Virus record (IMG/VR): IMGVR_UViG_3300032249_000542
Coordinates: 64,001 to 128,000 of that record
Reading direction: 5' to 3' (one strand)
Length of the DNA: 64,000 nt
DNA from: a virus
Shown: piece by piece, positions 39,340 to 48,142 of the stretch
Layout: each line of letters begins with the position of its first letter
How positions within the stretch are numbered: position 1 is the stretch's first letter
Notes under the pieces: model-generated
What the model was told of the DNA's origin: nothing
Database searches by the model: none
What the model saw: the letters and a program-made list of their open reading frames with translations, nothing else
Position numbers and translations under genes: made by a program

Positions 39340-41706
39340 ATGGCTACAGCAGGAAATACAGTAAATAAAATACAGAGGTTTTCGTATACTAATGCGAACA
39401 ACACAACTGTCTATAACACCGACTTAACTGTTAAGGGAAATCTTACAGTCGTTGGAGCATCCGTATATGCACAAACTGAAGTTGTTCTAGTTAAAGACAA
39501 CATCATAACACTTAATGCGGCGATTGGACAATCCGATACACCACTATTCAATGCAGGTATTGAAGTTGATCGTGGCAATCAACCAAACGTATCGTTGATA
39601 TGGAGTGAATCTAATCAAGCATGGCAATTTACCAATAACGGTTCAACATATGAATCTCTTGGTGGAGGTTCATCTGGTGTTTATGCCAATAGTGCATTTT
39701 TACAAGCAAACGGTGCATACGCTCATGCTAATGCAGCATTTATATCTGCGAACAATGTAGCACCTCAAGTACAACCTGCGTTTGATAAAGCTAATGCTGC
39801 ATACGCTCATGCTAATGCAGCATTTATATCTGCGAACAATGTAGCACCTCAAGTACAACCTGCGTTTGATAAAGCTAATGCTGCATATGCGTTTGCAAAT
39901 ACAACTACTGCATGGGGTACACGACAAGCATTCAAAGCTACTGCTGGACAAACAGTATTTTCTCCAGGGTCTGGTTATCTCTCAGGATACATCGACGTTT
40001 ATTATAACGGTATTAAACTATACGACACAGAAGATTATACTGCAACAGATGGTATTAATGTCACTCTTGCAAATCCTGCTACAGTAAATTCTATTATTGA
40101 GATTGTTGGATTTGGTGCAAACGTACCTGTTGCAAATATCTACGTTTTGAATTCAATGGCAAGTATTGTGAATCGTCAAACATTCTATGCGAATAGTGGA
40201 CAAACAACATTCACAGTAACAGGCGGATATCGTGTTGGGTATATTGATGTATACTACAACGGTATTAAAGTCAATATTCCAGAAGATGTAACAGCAGGAA
40301 ATGGTACAACGATTAGTTTTGTTACTTTAACTCCAACAGTAAATTCTATTATTGAAGTTGTTGGGTTGACTCCTAATGTTGCACTTGCAAATGCTATACC
40401 AATTACAGGTGGTACAATTTCCGGAGGATTAAATCTTGCAGGTAATGTAAACCCAACAACTGATAACACTTATTATTTGGGTTCGTCAACAAATCGTTGG
40501 CATAGTTTATTTGTTGGTCCAGGGTCAATTGATATTGGTGGATTAAAGTTAAGTAATGTTGGAGGAGTTCTTTCTATATCTTCTCCAGGGTCAGCACCAA
40601 CTCCAATCGCAGGAGAAGATAATTGGGTTCGTGCTCAAGCTAATGCATCTTTTTTACAATCCAATTCTGCATTTACATCTACCAATGCATCTTTTTTACA
40701 AGCTAATTCTGCATTTATATCATCTAATGCTGCGTTTAATAAAGCAAACTCTGGAGTCCAATACAATGCAAACTCATCAACTACTGGTTCGTTAGCTGTA
40801 CCAATTGGAACAACTGCTGAACGTCCTGCAAATCCACAATCAGGAATGCTTCGATATAATACAACAACCGCATCATTAGAATCATACATGCCTACCGTTG
40901 GGTGGAAAACAGTTACTTCAGATTCATTTACGGTTGAGATTTTAATTGTTGGTGGTGGTGCTTCAGGTGGATATTCTGGTGGTAACGGATACGAAGCTGG
41001 AGGTGGTGGTGCTGGTGGTTTACTATATTACGGAGCAGAAACTCCATTTACAGGAGCAGCTTTAGTATTAAATCCCGGAACATCTTATACTGTTACCATT
41101 GGTGCAGGAGGAGCTGGAACTAATAGCACTACTGCTAATGGAAGTAATAGTGCATTCCACACATATACAGCTGAGGGTGGCGGTTCTGGTGGTAACAACA
41201 ATAATAGTGCAGTAGGATATCCTGGAGCTTCTGGTGGTGGAGGACTACAAGCTAATGCAGGAGGTGCGGGTAAATCCGGACAAGGATACCCTGGAGGAAA
41301 TGGAACAGGTTCAAAAGCAGGTGGCGGAGGTGGTGCTGGTGGCCCTGGAGGAAATGGTGACAATCCAAATGTAGGTGGTGGACATGCTGCAGTATATGGC
41401 ATTTCTGGTACAAACATTCAGTATGCTGGTGGTGGTTCTGGCGGTAATGCAGCAAATACTACTACTCAAGGTGGAGGAGGTGTTGCTGGACCATCGGGAA
41501 CAAACCATGCTACTATTGCTAATAGAGGTTCTGGTGGTGGAGGTTCAAATCCTGGAGGACCAACTGGTTCAGGCGGTACAGGAAGTTCTGGTGTAGTTAT
41601 TCTTCGTTATCTAGGAACACAAAAAGCTTCAGGTGGTACTATAACTTCAATTGGTGGTTATACTGTACACACATTCACAGGTTCAGGAACATTCTCGGTT
41701 ACGTAA
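39340..41706 (+). CDS. Mosaic fibre with AN heptads, connector and Gly-rich head
   Basis: N-terminal module shared with 19020 (DNIITLNAAIGQ...AGIE.DRG), two GQT.F...GYIDVYYNGIK domains shared with 21879, connector VPIGTTAERP, Gly-rich head. Confidence 0.7.
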   Translation: MATAGNTVNKIQRFSYTNANNTTVYNTDLTVKGNLTVVGASVYAQTEVVLVKDNIITLNAAIGQSDTPLFNAGIEVDRGNQPNVSLIWSESNQAWQFTNNGSTYESLGGGSSGVYANSAFLQANGAYAHANAAFISANNVAPQVQPAFDKANAAYAHANAAFISANNVAPQVQPAFDKANAAYAFANTTTAWGTRQAFKATAGQTVFSPGSGYLSGYIDVYYNGIKLYDTEDYTATDGINVTLANPATVNSIIEIVGFGANVPVANIYVLNSMASIVNRQTFYANSGQTTFTVTGGYRVGYIDVYYNGIKVNIPEDVTAGNGTTISFVTLTPTVNSIIEVVGLTPNVALANAIPITGGTISGGLNLAGNVNPTTDNTYYLGSSTNRWHSLFVGPGSIDIGGLKLSNVGGVLSISSPGSAPTPIAGEDNWVRAQANASFLQSNSAFTSTNASFLQANSAFISSNAAFNKANSGVQYNANSSTTGSLAVPIGTTAERPANPQSGMLRYNTTTASLESYMPTVGWKTVTSDSFTVEILIVGGGASGGYSGGNGYEAGGGGAGGLLYYGAETPFTGAALVLNPGTSYTVTIGAGGAGTNSTTANGSNSAFHTYTAEGGGSGGNNNNSAVGYPGASGGGGLQANAGGAGKSGQGYPGGNGTGSKAGGGGGAGGPGGNGDNPNVGGGHAAVYGISGTNIQYAGGGSGGNAANTTTQGGGGVAGPSGTNHATIANRGSGGGGSNPGGPTGSGGTGSSGVVILRYLGTQKASGGTITSIGGYTVHTFTGSGTFSVT
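39714..39887 (+). repeat. Perfect 84-bp tandem duplication (28 aa, four heptads)
   Basis: Copies start at 39714 and 39798 (tgcatacgctcatgctaatgcagc...gataaagctaatgc) and are identical by eye. Confidence 0.9.
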
Positions 41707-41711
41707 AAAAT

Positions 41712-42962
41712 ATGTCAAAAGCAGCTAATAACGCAACAGAACTAGATTACATAAACTATATTCCATCGAATAATAGTATAAACTTTACGGCTACAGTAAT
41801 TGGTAATGGTTCTCCTATTGCAGATGCAACGGCAGGAGATTATGCAAATTCATCATTCATAAAAGCGAATAGTGCATATACAAGTCAGAATACAACTGGA
41901 ACATATGCTAATGCTTCATACGCACAAGCAAACTCAGCGGCACTTTATGCTAACGGTGCGTTTATAAAAGCTAATTCTGCAGCACAATATGGTTCAAACA
42001 CTAGTACCACATCGGCACTTGCATTACCTTATGGAACAACTGCGGAACGTCCAGCAAGTCCTCAAGTTGGAATGCTCAGATACAACTCATCATTGAGTAG
42101 AGTAGAAGCATATCTTTCTGCAACTGGATGGGCAAGTGTTATTGCCGACACATATCAAATAGACTATTTGGTTGTTGGTGGTGGAGGTGGAGGAGGTTCT
42201 CGTCACGGAGGCGGTGGCGGTGCAGGTGGATTTAGAGCTGTTACAGGATTTCTTGTAACTGGAGGAACTGCATATCCCGTTACTGTTGGTGCAGGTGGTC
42301 CGGGAAATAGTGATGCTGGAACTGCAACTGTTGGTACAAGCGGTAGTGATTCTGTTTTCTCAACTGTAACATCACTTGGTGGAGGTGCAGGTGGAGGAAA
42401 CGCTGCTCCAGGTGGTTTGGTTGGTGGTTCAGGAGGTGGTGGTGGAGCAGGTAGTCCTGCTGGAGCTGCAACAGCAATAACTCCAGTTTTTGGAGAAACT
42501 ACAACTGTACAGGGTTATGCTGGTGGAAGTGGTGCAAGTCCGTTTAATCAAGATTATCTTGGTGGCGGTGGTGGTGGTGCAGGTGGAGTTGGACAAGTTG
42601 CCAATGGCGGAAAAGCAGGTGGTGCTGGTGCAACATCAGCAATAACTGGTTCAACTGTAACTTACGCTTGCGGTGGTGGTGGTGGTGCGTTCCAAGGACT
42701 GGGTGCTGGCGGTCCTGGTGGAGATGGTGGATCCAGTAACGTAAACGGCGGTAGAGGTCAAGGTAACAATGCAGGTAGTAACGGTACAGCATATACTGGA
42801 ACTGGTGGAGGCGGTGGTGGTTCTACGGGAGGATTCAATGGTGGATCAGGAGTAGTTATTATTCGTTACACAGGATCACAAAAAGGTTCAGGCGGTACTG
42901 TAACGTCATCGGGTGGTTATACGATACACACGTTTACAGGCACAGGAACATTCACAGCATAA
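41712..42962 (+). CDS. Fibre with AN heptads, connector and Gly-rich head
   Basis: N-terminus resembles 33104 and 37963 (SKA..N..EL.YI......N.INF). LPYGTTAERP. GSGVVIIRY...GGYTIHTFTGTGTF. Confidence 0.7.
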   Translation: MSKAANNATELDYINYIPSNNSINFTATVIGNGSPIADATAGDYANSSFIKANSAYTSQNTTGTYANASYAQANSAALYANGAFIKANSAAQYGSNTSTTSALALPYGTTAERPASPQVGMLRYNSSLSRVEAYLSATGWASVIADTYQIDYLVVGGGGGGGSRHGGGGGAGGFRAVTGFLVTGGTAYPVTVGAGGPGNSDAGTATVGTSGSDSVFSTVTSLGGGAGGGNAAPGGLVGGSGGGGGAGSPAGAATAITPVFGETTTVQGYAGGSGASPFNQDYLGGGGGGAGGVGQVANGGKAGGAGATSAITGSTVTYACGGGGGAFQGLGAGGPGGDGGSSNVNGGRGQGNNAGSNGTAYTGTGGGGGGSTGGFNGGSGVVIIRYTGSQKGSGGTVTSSGGYTIHTFTGTGTFTA

Positions 42963-42965
42963 ATA
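42958..42965 (+). promoter_or_regulatory. Late promoter (CATAAATA) for gp13
   Basis: Overlaps the upstream stop codon, 7 nt before ATG 42973. Confidence 0.65.
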
Positions 42966-42972
42966 GACGACT

Positions 42973-43926
42973 ATGGCAAAACCAAGCAACCGCACAGATT
43001 TTAAAGATTACTGTTTAAGAAAACTAGGTTTTCCAGTAATTCAAATTAACGTAGATGACGATCAAGTAGAAGATCGCATTGACGAAGCACTTCAATTCTG
43101 GAATGACTATCACTATGATGGTACAGAAAAGACTTACTTCAAACATCGTATTCAACAGGCAGACATTGACCGTGGATGGATTTACTGTCCAGATTCGGTT
43201 ACATTCGTAACTGGTGTTATCCCTTTTGATGAATCTAATTCGTCAATCAATATGTTTGACCTTCGTTATCAATTACGTCTGCATGACCTCTATGACTTCA
43301 CATCGGTATCGTATGTGTCATATGAAATTACAATGCAACACATTCGTACATTAAATCTATTATTTTCTGGTACTCCACAATTTAGATTTAATCGTCATCA
43401 AAATAGATTACACTTAGACATCGACTGGACAAGAGACTTACAAGTTGGTCAGTATGTTGTTATGGAATGTTATCGTAGAATGAGTGCTGATGTAACAACA
43501 TTAACTGGTACAGCAACCGCCAATACTACATCAAATTTTGTAATAGGTACAGGTACATATTTTGATAAAGAAATATTAGAAAAAGATTTTGTTACTATTG
43601 GTACAGAAACAAAACAAATTATTACAATTATTTCTCCAACACAAATGATAGTGGATAGTCCATATAGTTCTAACACAAGTGGACTAACAATTGTTAAAGA
43701 AGGCGATACCGATGTTTGGAATGACCGTTTTCTAAAAAGATATGCGACTGCATTAATCAAACGTCAATGGGGAAACAATCTTAAAAAGTTTGGTGGAATA
43801 CAAATGCCTGGTGGAGTTGTATTAAATGGTAAAGAAATATACGACGAAGCTGAAGAAGAAATAGAAAAGTTAGAGGAAGATTTAATTAGTACAAATGTGT
43901 TACCAGGTGACATGTTTGTAGGATAA
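42973..43926 (+). CDS. gp13: Neck protein gp13
   Basis: YCLRKLG.PVI.INV...Q..DRID.A.Q....YHYDG and W.D..LKRYATALIK.QWG.NL.KF.G..MPGGV.LNG. Confidence 0.95.
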   Translation: MAKPSNRTDFKDYCLRKLGFPVIQINVDDDQVEDRIDEALQFWNDYHYDGTEKTYFKHRIQQADIDRGWIYCPDSVTFVTGVIPFDESNSSINMFDLRYQLRLHDLYDFTSVSYVSYEITMQHIRTLNLLFSGTPQFRFNRHQNRLHLDIDWTRDLQVGQYVVMECYRRMSADVTTLTGTATANTTSNFVIGTGTYFDKEILEKDFVTIGTETKQIITIISPTQMIVDSPYSSNTSGLTIVKEGDTDVWNDRFLKRYATALIKRQWGNNLKKFGGIQMPGGVVLNGKEIYDEAEEEIEKLEEDLISTNVLPGDMFVG

Positions 43927-43932
43927 TGACGA

Positions 43933-44844
43933 ATGTCAACTAATTTTTATTTTAATAATTTTCCTAAAGATCACATAACCGAAGAACAACTTTTAGTTGA
44001 AGATTTGGTTATTGAGGCAATGCAAATCTATGGCATGGATGTTTTTTATCTTCCAAGAACTAGTCGTGATGTAGTAGATACAATCTATGGTGAGGACACA
44101 TTAAAACAATACATTAATGCCTACCCAATTGAAATGTATCTTGAGAATGTTACGGGTATGGAAGGTGAAGGAGACTTCATGTCCAAGTTTGGTCTTGAGA
44201 TTCGTGATGAGATGACCTTACTTGTTTCACGCCGCAGATTTAAATACTCAACAGGTGCATCTAATCTAATTCGTCCACGTGAAGGTGATTTAGTTTATGT
44301 ACCTTTATTACAAAACTTTTTTGAAATAACTTTTGTCGAACATGAAAACGATCAGGCAATGTTCTATACGTTAGGACGTGGTCGTGGTGGTAATGTTTAT
44401 GTGTATGCATTGAAGTTGAAACAGTTTGTATTCTCAGATGAAGTTGTTGATACTGGAGTTACAGAAGTTGATGAACAAGTGTTTGATTTGTATAGAAGAA
44501 CGAATGTTCCTTATGCTGAAACTGGTAATAATATTAGATACTTGTTAAATGAAATTGTTTATCAGGGAAGTAGTCTTGCAAATGCAAATGCACAGGGTAT
44601 AGTTCATTCAGTTAATACTACAGGTAACAATTATTTGGATCTTGTTCGTGTTCAAGGAAACTTTGCAAACGGAACTATTATAATTGGTGCGACAAGTAAT
44701 GCACGTTACTTAATGCTTGGAACTATAGACGACATGACACCATTTGATACACAAACAGAAGATTTGATTGATAACAATGCTATTGAGTTTGAATCAGATG
44801 ACATCATCGATTTTACTGAAGTTAATCCATTTGGTGAACCATAA
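43933..44844 (+). CDS. gp14: Neck protein gp14
   Basis: EQ.L..DL..E..Q.YG.DV.Y.PR, SKFGLEI.DE, RP.EGDLVY.P, DF.E.NPFG. Confidence 0.95.
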   Translation: MSTNFYFNNFPKDHITEEQLLVEDLVIEAMQIYGMDVFYLPRTSRDVVDTIYGEDTLKQYINAYPIEMYLENVTGMEGEGDFMSKFGLEIRDEMTLLVSRRRFKYSTGASNLIRPREGDLVYVPLLQNFFEITFVEHENDQAMFYTLGRGRGGNVYVYALKLKQFVFSDEVVDTGVTEVDEQVFDLYRRTNVPYAETGNNIRYLLNEIVYQGSSLANANAQGIVHSVNTTGNNYLDLVRVQGNFANGTIIIGATSNARYLMLGTIDDMTPFDTQTEDLIDNNAIEFESDDIIDFTEVNPFGEP

Positions 44845-45617
44845 TGTTAGGTAATGCACACTTTTACAATCGTACCATTCGCAAAATTGTTATTGCAATG
44901 GGTACAGTTCTAAACGACATTCAATTAGTAAGATATACTAAGGATGGACTGACGGCAAAAGAAAAGTTTAAAGTACCTTTGTCGTATGGTGCCAAAGAGA
45001 AGTACATTGTTCGTATTAATTCAGATCCAACATTAACTAAATCAGTTGCTGTTGTAGTACCACGTATTTCATTTGAACTTACTGGTATGAGTTACGATTC
45101 ATCACGCAAACAACAAACAACATTGATGAATTGTTCTACTGGCACTAATACAACTTCAAAGACACAATATTTGCCAGTACCATATGACTTTACGTTTGAC
45201 GCTGCAATCTATGTGCGTAATACCGAAGATGGTACACAAATATTAGAACAGATTCTTCCATTCTTTACACCAGACTTTACTGTAACAGCAAAGTTGGTAC
45301 CTAGTTTAAATCGTTCATATGACTTACCTATTATTCTAAATTCAGTTTCAAATGAAGTAGATTATGAAGGAGACTTTATGACTACTCGTTTAATTATTTG
45401 GAACTTGACATTTACAGTTAAAGGTTACATATTCCCAGGAGTAAAAGACTCCAAGATTATTCGTGGTGCAAATACACGTATTGTTGATCTTGCAAACACA
45501 TCACAAGTTTACGTGAAAATTAATTCACAACCTAATCCTGCAAACACCGCTCCTGGTACTCCGGATGATGAGTTTGGATTTGCTGAAATTATAACTGAGG
45601 CTCCGTATGCATCATGA
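44844..45617 (+). CDS. gp15: Tail sheath stabiliser/completion protein gp15
   Basis: FY...IRK.V...G...N, VPL.YG.KEK, PR.SFE, PVPY, QI.EQILPFF.P. Confidence 0.95.
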   Translation: MLGNAHFYNRTIRKIVIAMGTVLNDIQLVRYTKDGLTAKEKFKVPLSYGAKEKYIVRINSDPTLTKSVAVVVPRISFELTGMSYDSSRKQQTTLMNCSTGTNTTSKTQYLPVPYDFTFDAAIYVRNTEDGTQILEQILPFFTPDFTVTAKLVPSLNRSYDLPIILNSVSNEVDYEGDFMTTRLIIWNLTFTVKGYIFPGVKDSKIIRGANTRIVDLANTSQVYVKINSQPNPANTAPGTPDDEFGFAEIITEAPYAS

Positions 45618-46018
45618 AAAAACTAGACCAAAACTTATCTGATGTTTTTGACATTGAACCACTAGATTCGGTCCAAGTAAGTCAAGAAATTGTTGCAATA
45701 AATAATCCAGTAGTTACAGATGATGCAGACTTTGCCAGAACAAATATTAGGGAACTAATTAATACTGGTAACTTTGCATTGAATAATCTTTTAACTGTTG
45801 CAAAAGAATCAGAAGCACCTAGGGCATATGAAGTTGCGGCAACTTTAATTAAGAATCTCTCAGACCTGAATAAAGATTTGATGGAGATTCAAAAACGCAA
45901 ACAAGACTTGACAGGTGAGAGTACAAAGAATAAAAATATAAATGTAGACAAGGCAGTCTTTGTTGGTTCTACTACCGAATTAGTTAAATTTTTAAAAAAT
46001 AATAAACAGGAAACCTAA
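45614..46018 (+). CDS. gp16: Terminase small subunit gp16
   Basis: D..FAR.N...LI..G...A.ESE.PRAYEV...L.K and AVFVGST.EL. Confidence 0.93.
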   Translation: MKKLDQNLSDVFDIEPLDSVQVSQEIVAINNPVVTDDADFARTNIRELINTGNFALNNLLTVAKESEAPRAYEVAATLIKNLSDLNKDLMEIQKRKQDLTGESTKNKNINVDKAVFVGSTTELVKFLKNNKQET

Positions 46019-46455
46019 TGGAAACATTAATTCAACAATTACGTACTATCCTAGGTACAAATTTTGGTTTGTATTTTAAAGCACATTCATATCATTGGAA
46101 TGTTGAAGGACCACACTTTAGCGACTATCATGTATTTTTAGGAGCGTTATATAATGCAGTTTTCGCAAATACAGATTTGATTGCAGAAAAACTTCGTATG
46201 TTAGGTGTTTATGCACCTCCTTCATTGGCACGTATGTTAGAAAACTGTGATATAAGTACAGATGCAGTTACAATTCCAGATGCACGTATGATGTTTATGG
46301 AATTAAAAATAGACAACGACAGATTAATAACACATCTTCGTGCAGGTATTGCTGCAGCAGAAGGTGCAAACGAACCTGCGATTGGTAACTTTTTACAAGA
46401 CCTTTTGGATCAACATCAAAAACATGCATGGATGATTAGTAGTATTATAAAATAA
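46018..46455 (+). CDS. dps: Dps-family ferritin-like protein
   Basis: Y.K.H.YHWNV.G..F..YH..L...Y.......D.IAE..R.LG and C-terminal H.K..WM..S are Dps signatures including ferroxidase ligands. Confidence 0.9.
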   Translation: METLIQQLRTILGTNFGLYFKAHSYHWNVEGPHFSDYHVFLGALYNAVFANTDLIAEKLRMLGVYAPPSLARMLENCDISTDAVTIPDARMMFMELKIDNDRLITHLRAGIAAAEGANEPAIGNFLQDLLDQHQKHAWMISSIIK

Positions 46456-48086
46456 TGAATGACGGATATCTTGGTAATGAACGATTAAAACGTGTAGGGA
46501 TAGAGTTATCCTATACCGAAGAGCAAGTATCAGAAATTTTAAAATGTACTGAAGATCCAGTATACTTTATTAAGACCTATGTCAAAATTGTAAACGTAGA
46601 CCACGGACTTGTTCCATTTAATATGTGGAACTTTCAAGAGGACATGGTTCGTGACTTTCACAGCAATCGTTTCTGCATCGCAAAGATGCCACGACAAGTT
46701 GGTAAGACAACAACTACAGTCGGATATATGTTATGGTGTGTACTTTTTCAAGAAGAATATACAGTAGGTATCCTTGCAAACAAAGGACAACTTGCACAAG
46801 ATATTCTTGGAAAGATACAGAAGGCATATGAATATCTTCCTATCTGGTTGCAACAAGGTATCATTACTTGGAACAAACGATCACTAGAACTTGAAAATGG
46901 TTCTAAGATATTTGCGTATGCAACATCAGCTGCAGGTGTTCGTGGTGGTACGTACAACTTAATCTTTCTTGATGAGTTTGCATTCGTTCCACATAACATG
47001 GCAACTGAATTCTTTACATCAACATATCCTGTTATCTCGTCTGGTAAAACGTCTAAAGTAATTATTGTTTCTACTCCTAACGGATTGAATCTATTCTACA
47101 AGATGTGGAAAGATGCGACAGAAGGACGTTCAAACTATAAGACGCTTGAAGTCCATTGGTCACAAGTTCCAGGGAGAGACTTTTTATGGAAAGAAGAAAC
47201 GATACGGAACACTTCTGAAGAACAGTTCCGACAAGAATTTGAAACAGAGTTTATTGGTTCAACGGCAACTCTTATCTCTGGTTCTAAACTTAAAACTCTG
47301 GCTTATTCAAATCCAGTTGAAAGTCAAGAAGGTCTGGATATCTTTGTTAGACCACAACCTGGGCGAATGTATATTGCATGTGTTGATCCATCCGAAGGTG
47401 TGGAACAAGATTATTCAACGATTAACGTATTAGATGTAACGGAGTCACCCTATGTACAAGTTGCAAAGTATCGCAGCAACAAAATACCACTACTATTTCT
47501 TCCTACAATCATCTACTCCTTGGCGAAAAAGTATAATGAAGCGTTTGTATTAATTGAGACAAACAGTATTGGTAAACAAGTTGTAGATATTATGCATTAC
47601 GATTTGGAATATGAGAACATTTATAAAGTAGAACATCATCACATCAAAGGTCAAAGTATCTCTGGTGGATTTAAACGTGCCGCATCATTTGGTGTTCGTA
47701 CAACTAAATCAGTTAAAAAGATTGGTTGTGCCAACTTAAAGACACTAGTGGAAAACGATAAGTTGATTATTCATGACTTTGACACTATTGCGGAAATGAA
47801 TACTTTCTCTCGATATCTGGATACTTATCGAGCAGAAGAAGGAAATAATGATGACTTAGTTATGGGCCTAGTTTTATTTTCATGGTTGGCAGCACAAAGT
47901 TACTTCCGTGAATCAACGAACATAGATGTTAGAAAGATTATGTTAGAAGAAAATAACATGTTAGTAGATGAAGATTTGACACCTGTTGGCATCATAGACA
48001 ACGGTTTACAACCCGAAGAATATGACGATGGACAGGACAAATGGCGTTATGCTGAAAAATTGGGGTATCCAACATCAAGTTTATAA
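46455..48086 (+). CDS. gp17: Terminase large subunit gp17
   Basis: Walker A PRQVGKTT, Walker B IFLDEFAF, VSTPNG, F.QEF..EF, nuclease motifs D.S.G...DYS and DDLVM. Confidence 0.97.
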   Translation: MNDGYLGNERLKRVGIELSYTEEQVSEILKCTEDPVYFIKTYVKIVNVDHGLVPFNMWNFQEDMVRDFHSNRFCIAKMPRQVGKTTTTVGYMLWCVLFQEEYTVGILANKGQLAQDILGKIQKAYEYLPIWLQQGIITWNKRSLELENGSKIFAYATSAAGVRGGTYNLIFLDEFAFVPHNMATEFFTSTYPVISSGKTSKVIIVSTPNGLNLFYKMWKDATEGRSNYKTLEVHWSQVPGRDFLWKEETIRNTSEEQFRQEFETEFIGSTATLISGSKLKTLAYSNPVESQEGLDIFVRPQPGRMYIACVDPSEGVEQDYSTINVLDVTESPYVQVAKYRSNKIPLLFLPTIIYSLAKKYNEAFVLIETNSIGKQVVDIMHYDLEYENIYKVEHHHIKGQSISGGFKRAASFGVRTTKSVKKIGCANLKTLVENDKLIIHDFDTIAEMNTFSRYLDTYRAEEGNNDDLVMGLVLFSWLAAQSYFRESTNIDVRKIMLEENNMLVDEDLTPVGIIDNGLQPEEYDDGQDKWRYAEKLGYPTSSL

Positions 48087-48089
48087 AAC

Positions 48090-48097
48090 ACTAAATA
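48090..48097 (+). promoter_or_regulatory. Late promoter (ACTAAATA) for gp18
   Basis: Intergenic. Downstream AAGGAG SD precedes ATG 48143. Confidence 0.65.
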
Positions 48098-48142
48098 GAC
48101 GATAAAGAAAAAATTTGATCCCTCAACTAAAGGAGAAATCCA

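Noticed and set aside
1711-41990. Heptad DNA repeats as a CRISPR array or non-coding repeat
   Set aside because: They are in-frame, degenerate at third positions, lack unique spacers, and there are no cas genes.
26747-42962. Diversity-generating retroelement or invertase shufflon acting on fibre tips
   Set aside because: No reverse transcriptase or recombinase is in the window. All genes are on one strand, shared tracts are short, and I saw no adenine-specific mismatch pattern.
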